A stretch of 63,112 nucleotides of DNA, the filler included, from Octopus bimaculoides (lineage: Eukaryota): assembly GCF_001194135.2 (NCBI RefSeq). It is 4 parts of 4 records of this genome, joined end to end, with 100 filler letters (N's around TTAATTAATTAA, not from the genome) between each part and the next. Parts side by side here need not be neighbours in the genome. Positions count along the whole stretch, not along the records: positions 31,374 to 57,947 come from NC_068991.1; positions 58,048 to 61,048 come from NC_068985.1; positions 61,149 to 63,112 come from NC_068982.1; 1 more part is not named here. One strand, written 5' to 3'. Shown here piece after piece: positions 52,064 through 63,112 of this stretch. The notes under the pieces were generated by a model. That model saw only the letters and a list, made by a program, of their open reading frames with translations. It did no database searches and was not told where the DNA came from. The translations under genes and the position numbers were made by a program. How positions within the stretch are numbered: position 1 is the first letter of the stretch; each line of letters begins with the position of its first letter.

Positions 52064-52745
52064 GGCGGAGAGTGGACAGAATAGTTTGACAAAATGCTTG
52101 GCGGTATTTAACCCTGCTTTACTTTCTCTAGTTCAAATTCAACCGAAGTTGACTTTGTCTTTAATATTTTCGGGGTCAATAAAATAAGTATCAGTTAAGT
52201 ACAGGGGTCGATGTAATCGTCTAGTTCCTCTGTTAAAAATCCAGACCTTTTACCTATCGCAGAAGGTATTATTGTGAAGTTTCGGGTGTCACTCTCACGA
52301 TCCTGCGATCGTAGTTTCGATTCATGCACCGAGTTGTCCGTCGTGTTCTTGAGCAATGCTTATTTGATGGAGGGAGGGAGCTAATGTACACATTGTAAAC
52401 TTCTGATCACTGAAGCAATTAATCTGTACAAATTGTTCAGTAAGAAACTGCGGAACACTATTCTGTCGTTTTCGACCGGAGACTCCACATCAAACCGCGC
52501 TGTGTGTTGTGTTCTTGAGCAAAACACTTTATTTCACGTTGCTCCAGTTCACTCATCTACAGAAATGAGTTGCGACGTCACTGGTGCCAAGCTGTTTTTC
52601 CCTATGCTTTTTCCTTGAATAATATCGGTGGCGTGGAGAGAGGAGGCTGGTATGCATGGGTGACTGCTGATCTTCCATAAACAACCTTGCCGGGACTTGC
52701 GTTCGGAGGGTAACTTTCTAGGTGCAATCTCATGGTCATTCATGA
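52064..52745 (+). mobile_element. cluster of SINE B and SINE D-related copies
   Basis: Family B at 52064-52270; TGTGTTCTTGAGCAA cores at ~52340 and ~52510 with an RTE-like tail. Confidence 0.6.
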
Positions 52746-52989
52746 GCGAACAGAGAGAGGAGGTCTTTACCCTTTACCAGGCAATAATATTTTGATGAGA
52801 TAACTAAAGATCTGTGACGTCAAGTGTCGAAACGGCGAGCTGGAAAATTTAGAAAAGTTAGAATAGAATAAAAGTGAAACCAGTTGTTTGAAAGTATTTC
52901 ATTCTCACATCAAAGTTCCCAAAACCAACGAGGGTCTGCTTCATTGTTGTCGCTCGACTTGCTAGAAATGATAGACAAATCTTAAACAC

Positions 52990-53310
52990 GCATGCATTCT
53001 TAAGAAGTTCCTTTGCAACCACATGGTTTCAGGTTCAGTCGCACTGTGATACATTTTGAGCAAGTAGCTTCTACTTCTCGGAATTGAAATCACCATCGCA
53101 AGATCATGAGTACTGCACCATAATCACTAGGCCACGTATCTTCACTTAGCGGTTTAGCAAGAGAATAAGTACCAGAATTTAAATATATATATACTGGGAA
53201 ACGATTTAAACTCTTCAAACTAAACTCTCCAAAGACTAAACTCTTCAAATCGGTGCCCCAGCATGGTCGCATTCTAATAACTGAAACAAGTAAAAGAACA
53301 AAAGAATAAA
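52990..53310 (+). mobile_element. decayed SINE family C copy
   Basis: CAACCACATGGTTTCAGGTTCAGTC head; CCCAGCATGG..ACTGAAACAAGTAAAAGA tail. Confidence 0.6.
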
Positions 53311-53419
53311 TCATATCTTCCGTTAAAATTGAAGGATTTGGCTCTATACCTGAACAAAAAGGGGTTGCAAGATGAACTCAGCTTAAACGCTTTTTGACCA
53401 TAGGTCTTCCCGGCTAGAG

Positions 53420-53710
53420 CTGATCTGAGGATGAACTATCTTATTATTTACAAAGTCTACTGGCCTCACTTTTCGGTCCGTCATCACTGCCTCGAGGTCC
53501 TGGATACATTCCAGGCCAGCGTTTGCAATAAAGTTGTCAATATAAGCGTGACATTTTCTTCTTGCATCACCAAGAAGTGGGTTACACAAGACTAATTTAA
53601 ATGCTTCCAGAGTGGCGCATGCAGTGACCAAATAGTCGCAGCCGTCTTTGCCAGATCTTCTCGCTAACTTTCAGCGGGGTCTCCATAAAAGCATACATTT
53701 GAGGATGGAC
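53420..53710 (-). mobile_element. RTE LINE C-terminal fragment
   Basis: KIWQRRLRLFGHCMRH...AGL...L..VMTDR. Confidence 0.65.
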
Positions 53711-54771
53711 AATAACCTAATGTATATGAACATCAATGGGGTACTATAACCATTGTTTTCTTGTTTTGTAATTTCTTTTCAACAAGTGTTTTTGGTTTTT
53801 CGTCGTGTCTAGTTTCTAAAATATATCGATATATCGAGTATCTAGCTAATATTCCTGCGATATCCACAATAAAACATGTATAAATGTTGAGTTGGGGAAA
53901 CAACCATAGCAAGGAAGTTGCTTACATCACACGAAACAGTTCGTCTGAAATAGACTAATTGCAACACAAAACATACAACCATATGTCTCCTTCAATATGT
54001 ATGGTGAAGGAAAGATAGAAAGCGATAATGAGGGAAAGTGAAAGGCAAACAGACTGAAAGAGAGAAGGTAATTGTGGGCATTGAAAAAAAAATATGTAGT
54101 TAGTAGAAAATCATTTAGTGAGTTAAATACACGCTTTTGTTGTTTATTGTTTTCTTTTTTTTTTAAATTAGGCGTAGTTTAAACACAAAGGCAGTTTCAA
54201 CTTAACGCAATTCAACATACAACCGTAAACATCTATATACACTATATATATATATATATATATATNNNNNNNNNNNNNNNNNNNNNNNNNNNNNNNNNNN
54301 NNNNNNNNNNNNNNNNNNNNNNNNNNNNNNNNNNNNNNNNNNNNNNNNNNNNNNNNNNNNNNNNNNNNNNNNNNNNNNNNNNNNNNNNNNNNNNNNNNNN
54401 NNNNNNNNNNNNNNNNNNNNNNNNNNNNNNNNNNNNNNNNNNNNNNNNNNNNNNNNNNNNNNNNNNNNNNNNNNNNNNNNNNNNNNNNNNNNNNNNNNNN
54501 NNNNNNNNNNNNNNNNNNNNNNNNNNNNNNNNNNNNNNNNNNNNNNNNNNNNNNNNNNNNNNNNNNNNNNNNNNNNNNNNNNNNNNNNNNNNNNNNNNNN
54601 NNNNNNNNNNNNNNNNNNNNNNNNNNNNNNNNNNNNNNNNNNNNNNNNNNNNNNNNNNNNNNNNNNNNNNNNNNNNNNNNNNNNNNNNNNNNNNNNNNNN
54701 NNNNNNNNNNNNNNNNNNNNNNNNNNNNNNNNNNNNNNNNNNNNNNNNNNNNNNNNNNNNNNNNNNNNNNN

Positions 54772-54893
<122 letters not shown>

Positions 54894-55385
54894 ATGCCCG
54901 CACACATATGTACCTTCAGTCGCTTTATTCTGGATTTTTTTCTCTGCAACCCATTTCTTTCACATGCAGCTTTGCCAATTCTCTAATTATTATGAATCAG
55001 GCAGAGATATTTCTTTGAAAAATACTTCTTCTAGACCAGTGCCTCTCAACCAATTTTTACCTATAGACCCCTTTGATTCCTATATTACTCGGATGTACCT
55101 TCTCAATCACACACACGCGCGCACGCGCTATTACACATATATTATGACGTGCCTTATGATGCACACAGGAGCCAATTTCATACCCACACACACAAACACA
55201 TACATACACACACGCACACACGAACACATACATACACTTACGCATACACATATTACGTTGTGGCATTATTATTCAGACTAAGGAGGGTGAGCTGGCAGAA
55301 GCGTTAGCAAGCCGAGCGAAATGCTTAGCAGTATGTCGTTTGTCACTACGTTATATATATATATATATGTACCGGCTCCTCAGAT

Positions 55386-55496
55386 ACCAGTACTCCTCAG
55401 ATACTGGCTGAATGTTCTAACCATTTAGCTAAACGACCACCGATAACAAGTGTAGCTTTCGAATGCGTTGAATGCCGGTATCTAAGGGGTACTGGT
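55386..55496. mobile_element. MITE-like foldback with 23-bp imperfect TIRs
   Basis: ACCAGTACTCCTCAGATACTGGC versus reverse complement ACCAGTACCCCTTAGATACCGGC. Confidence 0.55.
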
Positions 55497-55519
55497 TTGA
55501 GTTCCGTAGTCACCTGCTG

Positions 55520-55740
55520 GTAACTTTTTCTGTCTTATAAGGGTCATTACTCAATCTCTTTCTGCTTACAGCTTTACTGCGTTCGAAATTTACTTCTTTG
55601 TCTGTAAAATACCAAACACAATTGACATATGCAAAGTTTGTTTCAGGGCCTTGCCAAGACATCTGAAGGATCTTAATGGAGTACGGATAGATGTTTTCAA
55701 GAAACAACTTGACCTCCCGCTACCCACGGTCCCAGTTGAA
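55520..55740 (+). mobile_element. CR1-like LINE extreme 3' fragment
   Basis: LPRHLKDLNGVRIDVFKKQLDL-type C-terminus. Confidence 0.5.
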
Positions 55741-55746
55741 CCTATA

Positions 55747-55961
55747 CAGGGTTGACAAAAAGTCACCTGACAGTAAACCAAAACCATTTAATTCCAAGAT
55801 TTATTTATGTTTAGCAACTGAATGAATTTAATACGAAACATCAAAAATTGTTCAAAGTCCTTCTTGAGCGACACATTTTTCCATTCGCTTTAACACGGAA
55901 TTACAGATATTATTTACGGAATTTTGATTTACTATTGTCGGGTTACTTTTGGCCAACCCTG
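55747..55961. mobile_element. Tc1/mariner-type MITE
   Basis: TA|CAGGGTTGACAAAAAGTCACC ... GGTTACTTTTGGCCAACCCTG|TA. Confidence 0.75.
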
Positions 55962-56713
55962 TATAAAGACATGAAACTCAAACGAGGGCAGCAGTGTCGA
56001 ACTCCCTCCTTCACCAAAAGCCAGTTACATAAGATTGGCCGTTGAAAAGATGATTACGTTAAGAGTTCGAATACCGCCGAGGTTAACTTAATCCTTCATC
56101 CTTTCGAGGCTGACAAAATAAAGCAGCAGTGAAATTGGGGTCGATGTAATCAACTAACCAGCAGTTACTAAAATTCTTGACCGTGTACCAAAATTTCAAA
56201 CAATTATTATTATTGTAAGTGAAATCGACTAGCGACGACTCAGACGACATACCGGAAGCTGTACCATACGCTCCAGTGTTCACCATGGAGCAAACAAGCA
56301 TAATCAAAAATAAATAAATGATATTAGAAAACAAAAACAAACAAAAAAATAAAGAAACAACGTAGCTAGTGACTGCAGTTTGATAAAACACAGGATATTA
56401 AATATAATGTATTGTCCTGTTGTTTTGTCAATGACGTAGAATTTATTGTAGTTAAGTTCGACCAAAGATGCGGTATCTCTGTGGCGCCACAGGTGGATGT
56501 ATATGAATGTAGTACATCAATAGATTGTTGTTGGGAAAGGAGTGGGTAGATATGGGTGAGTGGGTGGATGTTTCGGTGGATGAAAGAACGGATATATATC
56601 TGTGTGTGTATGTGTGTGTATATATATATATATATATATGTATGTATTTACACACACATAGTAATTCATACGTGTGCATGTGTGTGTGTGTGCGTGTGTT
56701 TGTGTGCGCGTGT

Positions 56714-56944
56714 GTGCGTGTCTGGTTAAGAAGCTTGTTTTGCAAACACATAGTTTCTAGTTCAATCCTATTTCCCGGTGAATTGAGCAAGTGTCTTCTG
56801 CTATAATCACGATCGACCAACGCCTTGAGTGTGAACTTGGTAGAAAGAAACTGGACCGAAGCCCGTCGTATATACATACATACTCGCACACACACATACA
56901 ACATACACACATATATATGTGTGTGTACATATATATGTATATAT

Positions 56945-56997
<53 letters not shown>

Positions 56998-57008
56998 CAT
57001 ATATATAT

Positions 57009-57052
<44 letters not shown>

Positions 57053-57213
57053 GTATGTATGTATGTATATATGCGCTCATGTATATGCACACATCTATAT
57101 AAAGAAACAGCTCCATGAGGCTATGGTTTGGGTAGGATCTTAGATTTCTTATGTGTCTGTCTGTCTGTATGTGTGAGCATATGTGTGTGGGTGTGTATCT
57201 GTGAGTGTGGGGG

Positions 57214-57256
<43 letters not shown>

Positions 57257-57420
57257 TTTGTGTTTACCCCTACCATCGTTTGTCAACAAGTGTTGGTTTA
57301 ATTACGGCGCCGTTCGGCAATGAAAACTAGCAGCATAACTACCAGGCCTTTAAAAAGTAACTACCGAGATCGATCTGTTCGACTAACCCCTTCCAGGCAA
57401 CACCCCAGCATGGCTGCAGT
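56714..57420 (+). mobile_element. SINE family C copy expanded by ~400 bp of internal microsatellite
   Basis: Head and GAAACTGGA.CGAAGCCCGTCGTATAT, then (TA)/(TG) arrays, then the CCCCAGCATGGCTGCAGT tail. Confidence 0.7.
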
Positions 57421-57539
57421 ACGTCCTTCCATCTGCAAACTTTTATGAATTAACTTTCGGTAACATAGAACCAACCCTACCAGCACTAGATACAATATGT
57501 CTGATATTAAGTTGGCACTACCACCGTTAGAAACACTTT

Positions 57540-57870
57540 TGATCGCTAGTTTGTTTGATTGTTTCTGATATCTAGCTAAACAACAAAACCTTTGTGAGCC
57601 GCTCTCCAGCCATCTATTTAAAACTGTATGTAAAAATGGTGCGTCCACAATTAGAATTTGTTTCACCAATCTGGAGCCCCTATCTTGCTCAGCATATCAA
57701 TCCTCTGGAAATTGTTCAGAAACGTGACAAGACGAATACCCGCCGTCAGGCATCTAACATACTCTGAACGCGTTTGGCTTCCTTCTCTGGGTATGGACAA
57801 ATTGAAGCTCAGACGTCTGGCATCTGACTTGGTAGACACCCGTATGATTATCCACCATCTTTCCAACAAC
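57540..57870 (+). mobile_element. CR1-like LINE RT C-terminal fragment
   Basis: LKLYVKMVRPQLEFVSPIWSP / RIPAVRHLTYSER..LGMDKLKLRRLASDL. Confidence 0.7.
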
Positions 57871-57893
57871 AACAGACACACACACACACACAC

Positions 57894-57947
<54 letters not shown>

Positions 57948-58199
57948 NNNNNNNNNNNNNNNNNNNNNNNNNNNNNNNNNNNNNNNNNNNNTTAATTAAT
58001 TAANNNNNNNNNNNNNNNNNNNNNNNNNNNNNNNNNNNNNNNNNNNNATCTATTAATGTGTGTACATGTATGTATGTGTGTGCGAGATTATTTGAGTGTA
58101 CCTCATTAGTGTTTATTATGTTAGTATCAGCACAATACTAATACAATTTAAATGTCATTCATTGCCTTGTTTTTAATTCTATTTTTTGATTTCTTGAAG

Positions 58200-58241
58200 A
58201 CATGGATGGTACTTATGCCAATGTTTCACAGAAACCCAATG
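58200..58241 (+). CDS. candidate 42-nt micro-exon (xMDGTYANVSQKPN), unidentified gene
   Basis: TTTCTTGAAG acceptor, GTAAGC donor, symmetric phase 1-1, YANV motif; identical to 59916-59957 while flanks differ. Confidence 0.55.
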
Positions 58242-59612
58242 GTAAGCAAACCATTAATAAAAATACATTCATTAGAGCAAGAGATAGCAAAATCTTGGTT
58301 CATTCTTTCTTTGGATAGTATAGGCAGTGTAAAGCATGTTTTAATTTTTTACTTGTTTCAGTGATTGGACTGATGCCGTGCTAAGATACCACCTTGATGG
58401 GTTTAGACCAACCAGTCCACCAAAGTACTTATCATTTTTAAGCTTTGTACTCATTTTGTTGTTGGGTTTTGTCAAACTATTTAGTTCTGTGGACGTAAAC
58501 AAACCAACATTGACTGTCATGTAGTGGTGGATGAACACAAAGACACACACACACACACCCACACACATATATTTATATATATGTATATATATGATAGTGT
58601 TCCGTTAGTCTCTTTCTACCAAATCCAATCACATTATATTCGTTGGCACAGGGATATACTAGAATACATTTGGCCAGGATGCCTCATAGTGGGAGTGAAT
58701 TTTGAACCATGTATTTGGGAAGTAAACTTCTTACCACACATCTGAAGCTCAAAAGCTTTGAAAATGTTGAAATTTAATAGCATATACAGTAGTTTTTGCA
58801 GACATTCCTATATAACTTTGCTATTTTACCCTTTATAATCCAGTGCATAAGCATATATTTTGCAAGATATATTTGTACAAAAAATTCAAATGATTATATA
58901 ACTAATATTGAATTCTTTAAATATTTGCCTAGACATGAATCAATAAATGGAACAGATTTGCAATGGGAAATGCAATCTACTGCTGTTTTTATTGAATATC
59001 TGACATGGCTAACCCTCGCAAGGAAGTGATCTTAGAAAGCATCTTACTTCTGTAAACATATTTGCGAATTTCTTCACTCAATAGTAATATTGTCATCTTT
59101 AACTATGAATGAAATAGTTAAGTGATAAACCCATTACAGTACTCTACTAAGTATTGACAGAATTATATTTAGTGTTAGGTCATTCTGAAATTAAATCCAA
59201 TTGAATTAAATTTTATTTCATTAGCCTCTCAATAAATACTACTTTTACATAATTATTAGCATTTTGCTTATAGATTAGAATTTTAGAAGCCAGTTTACTG
59301 AGGAACCTTCCCAGTAAGTGTTAATTCTGAAATGGCAAATTAGACAAAATTACTCTTTGTTTCTTCTTGTTTGAAAATGAATTTATTAGATCACACTTTT
59401 CTTTTTGACAATACATGAATGAGAGGGTGAAGAGCATGTACTGTACATGCACTTGGGCTGAATTTAAATATAATTTTATTTCTAAATACATGTTTATATA
59501 TATAAAACATAATGTACTTTATCTTGTTAATTATTTTCTGTGCCACATCAAAAATATTTAGAGCAGCCTCTCTGAACAATAAATACACCCATATTTATTT
59601 AATTTCTTGAAG

Positions 59613-59672
59613 CTATGGAAGAGGAATATGCTGAAGCTAGTGGTCCAGAATATATAGAATTGATACCACCAG
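59613..59672 (+). CDS. candidate 60-nt micro-exon (xMEEEYAEASGPEYIELIPP), unidentified gene
   Basis: TTTAATTTCTTGAAG acceptor, GTTAAGT donor, symmetric phase 1-1, GC-richer island in AT-rich DNA, two acidic-Tyr motifs. Confidence 0.55.
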
Positions 59673-59915
59673 GTTAAGTACACTTAATTTTGCATGATCT
59701 TAGAAATTATCTTTGTCAAAATAGAAAGCAAACAACCATGAAGTGTATCACTCTCTAACTTTGATCTATTAATGTGTGTACATGTATGTATGTGTGTGCA
59801 AGATTATTTGAATGTACCTCATTAGTGTTTATTATGTTAGTATCAGCACAATACTAATACAATTTAAATGTCATTCATTGCCTTGTTTTTAATTCTATAT
59901 TTTAATTTCTTGAAG

Positions 59916-59957
59916 ACATGGATGGTACTTATGCCAATGTTTCACAGAAACCCAATG
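59916..59957 (+). CDS. candidate 42-nt micro-exon (DMDGTYANVSQKPN), unidentified gene
   Basis: TTTAATTTCTTGAAG acceptor, GTAAGC donor, phase 1-1; in frame with 59613-59672 (G+AC=Asp). Confidence 0.55.
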
Positions 59958-60800
59958 GTAAGCAATCCATTAATAAAATTACATTCATTAGAGCAAGAGA
60001 TAGCAAAATCTTGGTTCATTCCTTCTTTGGGTAGTATAGGCAGTGTAAAGTATGTCGTTTATTTTTGTACTTGTTTCAGTGATTGGACTGATGCTGTGCT
60101 AAGATACCACCTTGATGGGTTCAGTCCTACTAGTCCACCAAAGTACTTATCATTTTTAAGCTTTGTACTCATTTTGCTGTTGTGTTTTGTCAAACTATTA
60201 TGTTCTGTAGACATAAACAAACCAACATTGACTGTCATGTAGTGGTGGATGAACACAAAGACACACACTCATATATCTATATATACACACACACACTCAT
60301 ACACACACACATACATATATATATATATACAGATGATAGTGTTCCTTCAGTTTCTATCTACCAAATCCAATCACATTATATTCGTTGGCACAGGGATATA
60401 CTAGAATACATTTGGCCAGGATGCCTCATAGTGGGAGTGAACTCTGAACCATGTATTTGGGAAGTAAACTTCTTACCAAACATCTAAAACTCAAAAGTTT
60501 TGAAAATTTTGAAATTTAATAGCATATACAGTAGTTTTTGCAGACATTCCTATATAACTTTGCTATTTTACCCTTGATGATCAAGTGCATAAGCATATAT
60601 TTTGTAAGCTATATTTGTACAAAAAATTCAAATAATTATATAACTAATATTGAATTCTTTAAATATTTGCCTAGACATGAGTCAACAAATGGAACAGATT
60701 TGCAATGGGAAATGCAATCTGCTGCTGTTTTTATTGAATATCCAAATCACTGCAGGTTATGGTTAACCCTCCCAAGGAAGTGATCTTAGAAAGCATCTTA

Positions 60801-61380
60801 CATCATCATCATCATCATCATCATCATCGTTTAACGTCCGCTTTCCATGCTAGCATGGGTTGGACGATTTGACTGAGGACTGGTGAAACCTGATGGCAAC
60901 ACCAGGCTCCAGTCTAATTTGGCAGAGTTTCTACAGCTGGATGCCCTTCCTAACGCCAACCACTCAGAGAGTGTAGTGGGTGCTTTTACGTGTCACCCGC
61001 ACGAAAACGGCCACGCTCGAAATGGTGTCTTTTATGTGCCACCCGCACNNNNNNNNNNNNNNNNNNNNNNNNNNNNNNNNNNNNNNNNNNNNTTAATTAA
61101 TTAANNNNNNNNNNNNNNNNNNNNNNNNNNNNNNNNNNNNNNNNNNNNGGCACATAAAAGACACCATTTCGAGCGTGGCCGTTTTCGTGCGGGTGACACG
61201 TAAAAGCACCCACTACACTCTCTGAGTGGTTGGCGTTAGGAAGGGCATCCAGCTGTAGAAACTCTGCCAAATCGGACTGGAGCCTGGTGTTGCCATCCGG
61301 TTTCACCAGTCCTCAGTCAAATCGTCCAACCCATGCTAGCATGGAAAGCGGACGTTAAACGATGATGATGATGATGATGA
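60801..61380. mobile_element. inverted pair of near-identical SINE A copies (60801-61048 minus, 61149-61380 plus) across an assembly gap
   Basis: Both carry the same shortened variant GTCACCCGCACGAAAACGGCCACGCTCGAAATGGTGTC in mirror orientation. Confidence 0.8.
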
Positions 61381-62907
61381 TATATATATATATATATGTA
61401 CATATATTGCAAGCTGTGGGGCGACACTTGCATTATGGTATTATTTTGTGCATAAAGTGTTTTTGCAGAGAGCTGATTAAATACGAAAAAATAATTCATG
61501 TTTAGAGTGATAATATCTTGAAATATAAAACTGGCTAAGATGAAAATATGCTAAAAAAATATTGGTTATACATGTTAAAATAAATTCATACACATGTTCA
61601 TATGTTTTCCCCCAAATATGACTTCATGTTTCTAACTAATTTACATTTAAAATACAACATATTCTTATGAGCAAAAGACATAAAAAGAAAAATTTGAGAT
61701 AGATATACTGATGATATACAGACTGATATAACTGAAGAGAAAAACCTGAAAAAAGCACAAATATAATTGAAATATTGATAAATAGTATTTAAAAACATCT
61801 TACATAAATGGTCAATTATTTTAAAGATAGAAATAAATATTTTTCTAGCATAAAGAGTAAAGCGTTTTGAAAAAATAATTAGGAGCACTGTAAATGATTT
61901 TACAGACACAAACATCATTAAAGATATATTGATATCTTGGCACTATTTCTACCATTCTGGTTTTACTAGTCCGTATATAATAAGCAACACATTCTTACAA
62001 TTTTCTCCATCTTCCGCTAATATGGACAACACAAATTTTACTTTCAACCCTTTTGATACCAATCCATTTAAGAACATTTCCAGTTCTATGATAAAAATTC
62101 CTTGTTTTTAAAGTAATCTAAACAACAATCTTCCCTCAAAATTCCTTGTTAATCTATAATTCCCAACCAGCTTTAGTTATATTAGTAAATTATTTATTAT
62201 TTTCAAAATTAACTGAAACAAAAGCGGTATGTTTTGACAGAAACATAGTAACAAAAGGATAAAGTGTGAGACTCCGAGAAAAATAAATTCTTGTTCTGAG
62301 TAAAATATATGTTTATGTAGATATTTTTTGATATACATAGCTAGTATTTCTTTACAAGTATGTTTTTTTCTTAACCAGTTTTAATATTTCAATGTGCTAA
62401 CATTCTAAACATGAATTTATTTTCATATTACCAAGCCCCTCTGCTAAAATACTTTATGCAAAAAATACATCTTTGTTATGTTTGCAAAATATTTATTTCT
62501 ATAATATTATTAATATGCAAACCCATTTCTCTAAGATGGAGATTCAAGTGCTCTTGTAAAATATGTTACTTTCCTAAAGATTTTCCAGGAAATATTTATG
62601 AATGGTTTATCGATTTTCAGCTGCATTATATCTGTCTTTCTTTTTTGGCTTTACTAATTTGAATATAACAAATATAATTCAGTTTTGATGTTCTTTTTCT
62701 GTCTTTCACTGATGAGAGTATCATCTGTTTTATTTTACATATGAAAGACTTCGAAACATGGATTTGTGTCCAGAGAGAAATTGTTGTATCTGTTCTAACA
62801 TCATTACCAATTACCATTATTTATTTCTGAGTGTCCTGTACACTTAAACATTTCAATATTTCAATATACATACATAGGTATTCACACACACACACACACA
62901 CACACAT

Positions 62908-63063
62908 AATGGGCTACTTTCAGTTTCCATCTACCAAATCCACTCACAAGGCTTCGGTTGTCCTGCGGTTATGGTAGAAGACACATACCCAAGGTGCGAT
63001 GCAGTGGAACTGAACCGAGAACAATCTGGTTGGGAAGCAAACTTCTTACCACACAGATATGCC
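62908..63063 (-). mobile_element. SINE family C head
   Basis: Reverse complement of GTGTGGTAAGAAGTTTGCTTCCCAACCA..GGTTCAGTTCCACTGC. Confidence 0.75.
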
Positions 63064-63065
63064 TG

Positions 63066-63112
<47 letters not shown>

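Larger units (their letters stand above)
58048..60800 (+). repeat. ~1-kb tandem segmental duplication (58048-59047 and 59764-60800, offset ~1716 bp)
   Basis: Colinear similarity with scattered substitutions; both copies share an old minus-strand SINE C relic and the 42-nt exon candidate. Confidence 0.9.

Noticed and set aside
56218-56315. Protein-like frame SDDSDDIPEAVPYAPVFTMEQ
   Set aside because: No convincing acceptor/donor pair; abuts a SINE tail; short.
61930-62720. Possible L1/Tx1 RT relic on the minus strand
   Set aside because: Too degenerate to support any specific motif by eye.

Overview
Eukaryotic, AT-rich, gapped genomic DNA dense in microsatellites and transposons; the SINE families and repeat load point to an octopus-type cephalopod (inference). 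The one securely identified host gene is 5-oxoprolinase (OPLAH). It appears as four minus-strand internal coding exons (18962-19074, 15682-15770, 8731-8848, 7601-7743) that splice in frame through GT-AG introns; the rest of the gene is not visible. Three plus-strand phase-1/phase-1 micro-exon candidates with tyrosine motifs (58200-58241, 59613-59672, 59916-59957) sit in and between the copies of a ~1 kb tandem duplication and suggest a second, unidentified gene. Most other sequence is decayed mobile DNA: a Ty3/Gypsy element with both LTRs, two Helitron pieces, a piggyBac relic, four mariners, a DD37D (maT) element, RTE/CR1/Tx1/Dong-R4 LINE fragments, at least four SINE families and MITEs. Best leads: (1) a tandem pair of minimal Penelope-type hammerhead ribozyme motifs at 44.9-45.0 kb; (2) the duplicated Tyr-motif micro-exon cassette; (3) a 38-bp stem hairpin at 5120-5245; (4) a sharp CpG-poor versus CpG-rich domain switch; (5) a local templated insertion inside a transposase. 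Most long ORFs in the supplied track are microsatellite or N-gap artefacts. All identifications are by eye from motifs; no database searches were run.
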